A DNA stretch of 64,000 bases, from positions 25,048,001-25,112,000 of the forward strand of contig OZ241827.1 in the NCBI GenBank assembly GCA_965202585.1, written 5' to 3'. The position numbers were made by a program, and so were the translations under genes. Shown here one piece after another: positions 1 through 12,000 of the stretch. Numbering within the stretch: position 1 is the stretch's first letter; every line of letters starts with the position of its first letter. Below the pieces are notes generated by a model. The model was not told where the DNA came from, did no database searches, and saw only the letters and a list, made by a program, of their open reading frames with translations. Source of the stretch: Thalia democratica. Taxonomy: Eukaryota.

Positions 1-3000
1 TGCAGCGACGAGTGCGACGCGCCGCTGGTCGAAATCAGCTGCAGCAAGGTGAGCATCCGCCAGTCGGTGAACAGCGACGCCCCGCCGCACTTGCGGGAGG
101 CGGTGAGGAGGCAGCAGGGGTCGGTGACCTTCAAGTTTCACTGCGACTATTTCAACAGGTCTGTCTGCAATTGTTTTTTTTTATTTATTTTGTGAGTTTT
201 TTTTAAAGATTACAAAGGTTATTTAATTGGTTAGAAACTATCTGTGATTTTTTTCTATGATGAAACGTAGAACTTTGTAAAACTTTAGCTTAAAAAAAAC
301 GAGTCAACTTTCTTGAAAAGAGTTCAAGTAAATGAGCAGATAAATTTAGCAATTATTTTAAGGACCCTGTCACTTTGGGAACCGTTCATAGAGCCTTGGA
401 GGAGCAACATAAGCTGGAAGCACGAAGAAAAAGAAAATTCCAACGACGACTGGACGTTCAAAGTTGATGCTTCTGATAAGTGAGTTTTTATTTAGTAATT
501 TAGTAAGGCTTTAAAAACTAAGTTTTATTATTGTTTTTAGAAAAATATAATTATTTATAATAATCTTCACGTGTGTTGAATGAAATAATTATGTGACTTT
601 AAAGAAATATTTAAGGTATTCTTGCTGTAATTTTAGCTTATATCAGAAAGTAACTATTTACTCCCTCTAAATTAAACATTAATTAAATTTTTGCAAACAG
701 CTTATTTAGAGTTTTAAAAAATTGATAGTTTTTGCAAATATATACATTATCCACAAACTCGAACCAGGTTCGACGTGAACATGACGTCATCGATGATGGA
801 AGTGTGCCGGATGACGCAGGAGCGATACAAGCTTCATTGTGACGTCACTGATGAGAAGCAGTCCAACGTGAGGCAGCAGTTCGTCCCGTACATGATCAGA
901 AACATGGCAGGGTGCTGCGTCTCCTTCGCGACCCAAACGTCACTCAGCGGTCTTCATAGCAACCACAAACTCACGGGTTGGTTCGAGTCTATTTTTCACT
1001 ATAATTCTGTAATTTTTGAAACCAGCTGTCTGTTGCTTTATAGTTGAGAGCTAAAAAAAAATAGTTTGAAAAACATAAACCATAGTTTTATAACAATATT
1101 TTTCAATTATTGAACTAGTTGTTAATTTTGACCTTAGTATCAAGCTTCTGGTTCTAAATTAGGCATTACGAGTTCTTTTATAAACAATTTTTAAGGTTTC
1201 ACGTAACTGAAGAGTCAATTTGGGTAAACTAAGTATTTTAATAAAGTATTAAGTTCAGTCTTGTAAGACTTATTGAACATATTTTCTTTTTACCTGTTTT
1301 AGTTTGTTTGTTTCACTATCGTAATAACTGATTTAGCATACTGTGTACTGTAGTATTGTAGCTAGTAAAACTATCAAAAGGTCACAATTAACTTGTTTAG
1401 TTTTAAGGTCATTTCGAATTTCGAGTAATTTTTACTTGTTGAAATTTTTTTGGACAGTTTTCTTACTTTATTTGTTGAACTTCAACTTTTGCTAACAGCA
1501 AAATAAAATAAAGTGTTTTTGTATATAATAGTAAACGTTTTCCTAAACTGGGTGGAGCTAGTGTAATTTTCAAAGTTGATGAAAGCCCTTTTGGCCATAA
1601 TCAATAATACAGATTAAAGAAAAAAAAGGGTTGTTTGAATAGTTGTTACTAGTTTCATGCTAGAAAAAGGCTTTTCCGAAGTTGTTTTTTTAGGGAAACC
1701 AACAAATTAACTTAAACCAATCATCAAAATAATCTGTTTACCAGGTACTTTAGTACATATTGATCAGTGAGCCGCGTATCGACCAATAGTATAGGATATT
1801 CTCATGATACTGTTAAACATTACAACATTTTATTGATGCTACGACTACAACTAACACGTAGATTTAAAAATAAGTATTCTTTTGATTGGATGTTTAAAAT
1901 TATTTTGTTATTTTACTTTTATTTTTTTTAAAATGTTTAAAAGTTAACAAATTGGTTTAGTTAAGAAATATTCTTCTTAGCTGAAATACACTCGGGGTCT
2001 TTATTTTTACTTGGGAACACTTATGAAATCAATTTTCTACTTATTCATTTTTGTGGCCTGTAAAATTGTGTAACATGTAACTAATTTTTGTGTATTTGTA
2101 TTTATACTCGTATTTTTTAGCTTGTATTAGTTTCCATTAAAATTTTATTTCAATAAATAACAGTTGAAATAAATGACTTGGAGTTATTCTTAAAATTAAA
2201 AATTCACTCGTTTGATTTAAGGCTTCGTTTTTATTAAACAGCATTTTTGGTCATTACTTTACTTGAACCGTAATAATGATTAAAACAACTTTTGCTTTAA
2301 ATTTTCATATCAATAACTATTCTTTAGGAATAAAAAAAATCTAATAACAAAATCCGAAAGAAGACAGTAATCCTTGACATTAACTTTATTCTAACAAAAA
2401 CTTGTTCTGTTTCGACGTTTTACTTTTATTTCAAACATGAGTTTGTTCTCAATTGTTCACAACAAACTCACAGGCTCGAGAGCTTCCAGCCGGCTGAAAA
2501 CTGAAAAGCAGTGGTGCGAGCTGCTGCCGGGAGACGAGAAGAGCTTCAACTACAACAGCGCGCACGAAAAACAGAGGCACAAGCGCGCAAACGTTATGGA
2601 GCTCCATCAGGTTCGTTTCGCATATTTATATGTATATAAAAATAATATTTTGTTCCTCTGGTTAAAGTGCTCCTATATACTTCTAAAAACGTTGTACGCC
2701 CTTCTAATACTCAGCCGGGCAAAAGCTGTGTCACATTAAAAAAAAAATTCTAGTTTTAAAAAATTTTTAAAAGTTCGTAATTTTTTTTACTTAACTATGT
2801 TTTAACTTTTACCAGTGAATATTTTTCAACAGATCGTAGTGAAAGCGAAAGGATGGGTGGCAGTTGAACCGGTGACCGTCAGCAAAGTTGGCACTTATTT
2901 CAGGCATGTGGTCAGAGACAACATGAACAGCAGAAGCTACCAGTAAGTTATGTTTGTATGATACCATATAATATGATTATAAAAAGTGCATTTTATTTGA

Positions 3001-6000
3001 TTTAAATGTTTCACTAGCCCGTTAATGAAGCCTAGGTCCACAATCAGTTTATTTACAAAAAATCAACAACAATTAGAACATGAGTTTTAAAAATAAAAGT
3101 TTACAAGCATTGTTTCGTCGTGCAGTTTAAACAGACACTCTGAAATGATTTAAATGATCATAGTTATTAGAAATAACATTTATAGAAAATTGGCGACTAC
3201 AGTAAAGTTAATCTTTTTATTAGTGCTAATATTTTATATATAAAGTAATTATTATGTTTTATATATATTATAAAAATAGCCTGAGTATTGCTAAAAACTA
3301 TAAATTAAAACAATTACAAAAAGCATAACAATTTTTTAAAAAATAGCATGAGCCTGCATTTCACATAAATTCAAACAAGCCTTTTTGGGAGAAAGTTTGT
3401 TATAAAAACAAATATAAAAAGCTACGTTTAAAGAAAAATAATACACTTCAGCTTTAGCAAGTTAAGATTCTCCTTAGTTAGCTTGACAATTTAAGTGTTT
3501 TAAAGTACTTATAATTAATTGTCTTTATATATGACGTCACAAAAGAAAATCACGAACGCTCGAACGCTGCACAACCGACGCGTATATAAGCGAGCTTCAT
3601 CAATGTAGTTATCGAACGGTAGTAAGCCTGCATCTGGACCGGTGGACCTTGATGTCCGTCAATCTGGGGAAGGTCTGAGACAATAACCGGTACCTATAGA
3701 CGTGACGTCCATCGCTGTAAATACTGCGATGAGGTGATTGTTACCAGTAACTTGTGTCGGTTGTTCAATCGGGAGACGCTCCTTGTTGAGCTGACGAGAA
3801 CCGAACCGACCATGAAAACGATTTGGTTGGCCTGATAAGCTCGATTTGCAGGGTGTAGAATATGATTGTAAAATCAGTGACACACCTCGATTCAGACTAC
3901 TCTACTCCCGTTCGTCCTTTTTTTTATAAAATTAATATACGTTAGGTAGAAAGAGTGTTGTTAGATACTGTTTTAAGTTAGAAAATTAAAACTTTTAACA
4001 CTTATTCAAGTGTTACTTTTTATCGAATGATTTTTTAATGATTAGTAAAGTAACATCTTATTGATATTTGTCTTCTTAATTTAGCTTAAAATATTTTAAT
4101 GTAAAAGAAATTGAAGACAAAAGCTAGTATTTTTTTAAGTTCTTATTTTCTAATAACAAAAAAAAATTTAAAAAGTCATGAAGCAATATAGTTTTACTAT
4201 AGAAATCAAGTAAAATTATTTTATACACAGCAAAACCTTTAGCAGCAAATTTCTTACTCGTCCCGTCAATAGTTTATAGAAATTTATCTTATGTTGTTTT
4301 AAAACTTGTTTTCATTGATATAAACACATCATTTTAAAAATTGTTATTCAAGAATTTTGTCCCTCACCTAACTATTTCGTATTTCTCATTCGAATGGCAA
4401 AACATTAAGCTTTTCACAATTTTAAAGAACTTTAACTAAAACTAACAAACTTACCAAACTATAATTTCAAATACTTTATCAGCTCCCAGCAAGTAATGAG
4501 AATTGTTTTCGACGTGTCGCTGGAGGGCACCAGCGCGAAGAAAATTATAACAGTCAGAAGCGCCCTGGCAATAAAATCACGGCTCAAGTTTCCTCTGGAA
4601 CTGCGGCTCGAAGGAGCTCCCAGCGTTGGTTCTCAATCGCTGCCCGTGTGAGTTTAAACATATTTTACGGTACTTATATTTTATAATAATAATTTTTAAC
4701 GGATTCAAGTAAACTGTCAAAACTAAAAAAAAATATTTATAAGCACTGTATTTCTACAATTTTAGGCCTTAAAACTTAAATATGATGAAAAAAAAAGTTT
4801 TAATAAATCTCTCAACAGTTAATACACACTTTTTTTGGTTTAATTTTTTAAAATATTTTCATTACAGCTTGATGCCAGGGGATACGCTCTACGTGCCGCT
4901 CCACTTAACATCGTCATCGATACGAGTTCGTCCCCAGAGCAACAATAACACGGGTAACTACCAGTTCAGCGGCTCCCCAATAAAATGGAACCACAAAAAC
5001 AACAACGATGTCAATTCGCCCACGAACCACGTGCAGTTTGTTAGTTGCACTTAGTTTTAAACTCTGTTCTATTGTCAGCAAATTAATAATTTATATTCTT
5101 TTTAATAATATTTTTGTTAACAATGTCAAAGTTTTAAACTATCACATCAGCAGTTGTTTACCTTTAAAGTCAATTTTAGTACGCATTAAAATCTTTTTAA
5201 CGTTTTTTTATGCATAAAAAGACCACTTTAAACCTTTTTCTTCTTACTGACAAAAATTAAAATGTAATGTAAACGTTTTTATTAAGATAAGAAAGCATTT
5301 AAAAAATAATATATGTTACCTATATACCTTAGCTATACAATAAGTAGCAGCATCTTTAATTTTTAACAATCGTTAATACTAATAAAGAATAAAAGTATAC
5401 ATTGTATTTATAATTAGTTTTTTACAGCTTAGTTAATATGTCGGTGTTGAATAACATTTAAAATGATTGCTTATATTTTTTATATGTTCGTAAACTATAA
5501 AAATAAGACGTTTAGTTTGTATACCTTTATACATGTTATTGACGAACTAAAAAATTAGATAATATAAATTTCCCCTATGCTAGTCAAGTGTTATTTTATA
5601 TTTTTATAAAGTTTAGATTCGATTGAAATAACTTTTATTATGTGCAAAATTTTAAGTTAGATAACTTGTATTTTTTAAATGTTTTACAAAATAAATTCAA
5701 TCTAGCAGATAGTAGCTTTTTATGCTCTTAATATTTTTGACTAAATTTAATTTAATTTAGGTTGATTGCCTGCCAGCAAGTACAGAAATCAACAATAGCA
5801 ATAGATTCAAGTAAGTTTATTTCGTTCACTTATATAGATTTGGTTCGAATTACACATGATTACTTGAAATTTATTATTTTAAAAACGTTAGTTTTAAAAA
5901 TAAACCTAATAAATGTTTTTTGATTTATTTTTGTTAAATATTTTTGTTAAAACATGTTATTACAAAACTTGACGATTTTTTAAAGGTTTGTGAAGACTAA

Positions 6001-9000
6001 ATTTTTTCCTTACAAACTATCTCATATAAAAACTATTATCTTTTCTTTTTTTTCTTATTTTTTTTGCAAAACCTTTTAAATGTTTTGTTTTAACTTAAAT
6101 GTTCTGATGAATTAATGTGAAACACATTAATATCTTAAAACAAACACTAAACAAGGGATAAATAGTAAGTATAATTATTTTTCTACGCACATGCTAGGCT
6201 GCTATAATACTTAAATTAGCCTCTTTCTAAATCACTTTTACATTCACCATATTTATCTATCCCTTGGTTGAAATGATAATCGCCTCCCCTTTGTTAAATA
6301 TCGCCCTTAAATAGTTAATTAGCCATTTACTTTTTATATCCCTTTACTAGTTATTACCTTATGATAGCTAAAAGGGGGCAATGTTGCCCACACAAGAAAG
6401 CTTTGAGTTATATCTTTAATTTTTTCCAGTTTTTCTGTTTCCATAAACCGTCTCAACTATCCCACCTACCGGCAAGTAGCCAAGCAACTGCTTGAAAACA
6501 ACGTCACGGGGTCCAAGTATCTCGCCGACGACCTCAGCAATCGCCATGGCAACGACCTGACCACCCAGCTTCCGGGTCACGACATCGTCATAATGCCTCC
6601 CGTCATCATCACCAACTTGCTGCCATGCGACCTTCACTATTACGTCAAAATGAACCCGAACGTTTGTTAGATTATAGTTTTTATGTAGTTGTTATAGTCC
6701 TACTATTTATTCGAAACGGTTTTAGAAAATATGTAGATATTTTCTTAACTTTTTTAAACCGTAAATAAAGTTTTAAAGTTTTCTTTGAATAAAATAAAAA
6801 AATAGCTTTTCGTCTTTTTTAGTTGTTGTTTTTTTTTAGAAACAAAGTCTTTTATAAAAAAATACTATATCCTTAACAAAAAAAAAAATTCGCTCGTCAC
6901 AGGACACCAAAATAGATGGCAAGTTGAAGGGAGGAATGGAGGCCACGCCCCACGAAGTTCACGTTCTCCCGAACTCGACGAGGAGAAACTCCGTTGGCTT
7001 GTACATCGGCTGCACGTTGGACAATTTCAAAAATCACAGAGAAATAATTGTGCCTTCAACCATAAAAGACTTTCAGGTGTTTACAATACATAAGAGAAAA
7101 AAAGAGGGTATTGTATGGTTTTAGTGTACTTATACATACAGTATTAATGATACTTTAAACCTACACTGTTATTAAGAAACCTTAATTAAATTTATACTTA
7201 ACTATACTGAATGCTAATACTAAATATTAAATAATACTCAAGGCTATTCTATATAAAACTAGGCATGAAAATGAATGAGCATATTGTATTAATAAACAAT
7301 TGCAAACAATAACAAAAATATAAAGAACATTATACTTTAGAAAATACCTTTAATGTATTCAAAACTTTTACACAAGATTTAATCAAACAGGAATATACTT
7401 TAAGAGAGTAGAAAACAAAATAAGACTTAACTACTTAGAATGTAAATATAAAATACTTATACAAAGTAAATTACTAAAAAATACTTTATATAACACAAGA
7501 AAACTATATAAAAGTCTATTCTGGAATATCATGTTTACTGCAGCAGGCTGTGGCTAGAATGCATCCTTGCTCCAACTGTTGAGAGTTTATATATGGTTGT
7601 AATTTAGTAATGCAAACTTGCATCAGTAAACTCGTGACTGCTCTTTTTTTTTATTTATCTCAACTTCCATCAATATAACTCGTAGCCTCAGCGAGCTTTC
7701 TCTTAAACGCTTGGATGAACAGGAACTTTAACTCAAAACTTTCCACTAAATTTAAACAGTTATCAAATGCAGTTTGATATCCTGTTACAGTATGAAACTC
7801 TTACCACAATACGTGTTAATTTTAGTGAAGAAAGATATACTTGTTTTCTTTTTGTTTTAAACTACTCATTATATTTGATAGTTATAAATTAAAATGTTTA
7901 TATAAAAGGTGCTCCATCTTAAGGATAAAGTTATATTTTCAATCGTTTATATACTATAATTTTAAATATTTCAGAAAAATATCAAATCAGATAACAGAAA
8001 ATATGCTATAAATTTTAGGTATGTAGTAATAAAGTTTTCCAAACAGATGAAGTTAGCGCTGAAAGACAAAAGAGGTGAGAGCCTTGTTTTGAACGCGCGA
8101 ATCAGCTGGAAGAACGATTGTTGTGTCAACATCGCTGTCATGGCTCCATACTGGATCGTTAACAAAACTGGTTTGTTTATTATATACTTACAAATTAATT
8201 ATATCTCATAAACGTTTTTTATCTTAAGTTTTTGTAGTTCACAATTACTAAGTATCTACAAGCTGTTACAGACAATAATTATTAAAGTATCACTTAAATA
8301 TAAATAATTTGGTAATTGAAAAAAATATTTTTACTACAAAAAAGCTACTGCTCGAATTCTTATGTATTTTAATCTAGTTAGATTATTCTAGTAACATTGA
8401 TTTTAACTTAAAGATATATTTAGATATATTTTAAACATGTTGATATTTTATTTTCAAGAATAATATTTTTTTTTAATTTTCACATTGATAGATAAATATT
8501 TCCATTTTAGTACGATTTGGGTTCACTGCATTAAAGATAGTTATATTATGTCTATTAAACCATTATCAATTATTATTAAGTAAAGAATGTTTGTAGGTAG
8601 AGTCTTTATAAACAATTATATATATTTCAAACCATAAGTAAAGTAACTGTATTGTTTAAAATATTTTATTATACAGCAAAATTTTCAACTGCAATACTTA
8701 CGAACTTCTCATTTTAGGACTGCCGATAATAATGAAGCAGGATGGCTGTGAGAAACCTGCCGCTGGCCAGTTCACCGCTCACGAGCAAGCCAGATCGCTC
8801 GAACCTCTGTTGTTTTCGTATGCTAACAGGTACTTGGGTTATAATTTCCTGCAGCAGCTTTGATGCATATTGCTGCTTTGATGTGTTTGTTGCGAATGTT
8901 TATGCTTATTGGCTTTTATGATTGTGAAATTTTGTAAGTAATAAAACACTAAGGAGATTGTTTTCGAATCAAACTTTGAAAACTTATAACAGTGTTTAAT

Positions 9001-12000
9001 TTTCTGCGGGTGATAATGTAAACTTAGCTAATGTAATATCTAAATTGTGTTTCTTTGTTGATAAGTAATGCTAAGTACATACATCGATATCAGTTTAACT
9101 GAAAATTTGTTACTTTTTTATGAATAAACGCCTTATAATTTAATGTGTGCAGAAATTTTACTTGAATTGTTTCGTTTTTTTTTTTTTTGAAGTATGAGAA
9201 TTACTGATAAAGACATATGCTAATATAAAAAGGTGCAAGTTTTGAAAAAAAAAACACTTTCTTTATAATCTTTTTTTCTTGGAATTTATTATTAAAACTA
9301 ATTTTCATTAATTTGCTTAAATTTTCAGGGACAACTCTTACTTGTGCACGATGAGGCTGGGCAAAAACGCCAAATTCGACCAGCTGGACAACTTTCCCTC
9401 CCCAAAAACTTCTGCTTCCATGGCAACGCACGCGTCGTCATCCAGCGAAAGTTCTACAAAACTGAGACCCTGCTACTGTGAGAGTTTTTCCACGGACGGC
9501 GGTACTTGTACAAGAAACTTGAAACTGGTTTGTTGCTTGTTATGTTAAAATATTGATGCTAAAGGTATTATTTATGTTTAAACTAAAATAAGATTATTAT
9601 TGATAGTTTATGTGTAAGATAGTAAAAGATAGTTAAAAAGAATTTAATTTTCAAGTCTACAAGCTTTAAACATAAAATCAGATTTCCGGGGACCGTTCTC
9701 CGAACAGGGAGTTTTGCACGGGTATCAGCGTGCGAAGGGGTGTGGGTCAGTACCAGCACACCCATATAGTTACCATAGCACCCAGGTTCCTGCTGGTCAA
9801 CAAGACAAGCCGGCACAAGCTCAACTTCGCCCAACGACACACTATATCCTACACGAGCGACGCACAAGGAAACAACTACCACCTCTCGATAATACCCGGT
9901 TCGAACATACTTTTGACTAATTACTATAAACATGTTTTTATTTTTATCTTTTTAACTTTTGGTCTAATGTTAACAATAAGTAAATTCACAGCTCAACAGA
10001 TACTAATTCAAATTAATTCTACTCAGGCTCTGCAACATTAAAATTTTCAATTAATAAGACTAAAATTACAACATACAAACCATAAAGATCTGTTAGTAAG
10101 AACAGAGTAGATTGCGCCTTAACATAATGCAATTTTTTCCAGGTTCATCAGTAGTGTTCCATTGGCCGAGAGTGGACTTGGACACGTTGTTGTGCGTCAA
10201 ACTGGCAGACGTGGATGATTGTCATTGGAGCGGGGGTTTTGTAATTGACCGGGTCAACGCTTTTCACATTCCGCTCAGGATAGCCAGCGGTTTCTACAAT
10301 AGAAGTTCGCAAGGTTTTTGTTAGATTCTACGAGAGACTCAATTTTTTTATGTAGAAGAATAACCTATCATAAGCTTGTTCTGTAGTAAAAATTTTTGAG
10401 ATTATTTCATAAATAAATTTTATTTTTAGTGTGATAAAATCAATAAACCTTATGTTTAAAGTTTTCAAACTAAGTCATAGTTTTAGTCATATTTAGAAAT
10501 AGTAAGTCTTGTAGTTAGTTCTAAACTATTCTGTGATTGTATTTGAAAAACTTTATGTACATAAATAATAGCTTGCTGAACTGAAGATCTTGTGTATAAG
10601 AGTGTTTTGATTTGTTTAAGTAATATCTTAGTTGTTAGAAATTTATTTCAAATTTAATAGAACTGCACCCGCAGTCACCTCACTGCATTTTCTTGAGTGT
10701 CGAAGTGACGCTTTCCGAAGCAACGTATTACGTCACAATAAGCGATGCAGATCCGAAGCTCATACCTCCGCCGCTGAGAATTGACAACTTGTCTGCCGCC
10801 ACAGTCATTTATAAGCAAGTAAGTATCAAAATACTAATTTGGGTTTGTAAATTGTTTTTAACTTTTTTGTAAAATAATCTCAAATAATAATGGAACTGAT
10901 TACAAATCTTTTACAATCTTTTATTTCCTCATCCCTGTTTCTTCTTCGGTTTTCAATAAAAGTTTTTTTTTACACTTTGCACAATAAATTTTTCCATAGC
11001 ATATGGTTGTATGCAAACTTGTATGATCGCAGGTGGGAACGGACGACATGTACAACACGGAAGTTCACGCAGACAACAAACTCGCATTTGCCTGTGACGA
11101 ACCGTGCAAGCCTGAACTCGTGCAGTGCACTGTTAAAGGTAAAAATTTAATTTGATAATGTATTGACAATGTTAATCGAAAGATGTAGTTAAATTATAAG
11201 CTAGGTTTAAAAAATTGATGACGTAGGTTTTTTACGTTTTTTACGTAGAGTAGTTAGGTATTTGACCATAGAAAATGTTAAGTATTTCTAAATAGTAAAG
11301 TTTTTCAAAGTACACTCTGTACGGCTCAAGTAATTTTAAAAAATTATATAACTGAAACTAGCTAGTTTAGTTTATATTTGTGATCAAATAAACGTTTTAT
11401 TTTTTAAATTTAAAAACTTAATTGAATTTTAGGTGGATCAATGTCAGTGATAGTGGACATGAAGCAAATAGGACTGGAAAAGCAACTTTGCTACGAAAAC
11501 TTCATATACATTGCCATTGGACCGCCTCAGCAATGCATCACACGTAAGAAAACATTTTTGTTATAAAACTTCTCTGCTAAAGTTATTATATATTTTTGAT
11601 CTACTTTGATCATCAGACCGCATCCTTCAGTATACTGAGCCCCAGGTTTCGTTTTTGTTGAAAATATTAAGTTGCAACCGGAAAAGCTTTTAATCTTCAA
11701 TATACAATTTATGTTAACTTGAGCTTATCTCACGGCACACGAAAGTAAAGGCTTTGGCTCTGACAAGCTTTCGCCGATTTTGTCTTTGCATAATATACTT
11801 TGCATAATTTTTAAGTTGTGTTTAAATTTTATATACCTGTTTTCTGGGCATCTATTGAAAAAATATAGTGAACGTTTATAAGAAATTACTTTTGGAACTT
11901 TCATTAAACTTTAATATTTGCAGGCAGCCGAAGTCGGGTGAGCGCGGATCCGCAGCGCCTCGTTATCGACGTCGACCAATCAGATCCGTTTAAACTCAGA

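Noticed and set aside
6098-6135. CTGATGA...GAAAC hammerhead-like core
   Set aside because: Stem II is only 2 weak pairs, C15.2 has no G partner, and the pairing is consistent with chance in AT-rich DNA.
10578-10612. CTGAAGA-TCTT/AAGA stem
   Set aside because: The GAAA core is missing. Similar partial cores at ~11590-11620 (minus), ~12230-12265 (minus), ~16840 and ~29027 also lack essential elements.
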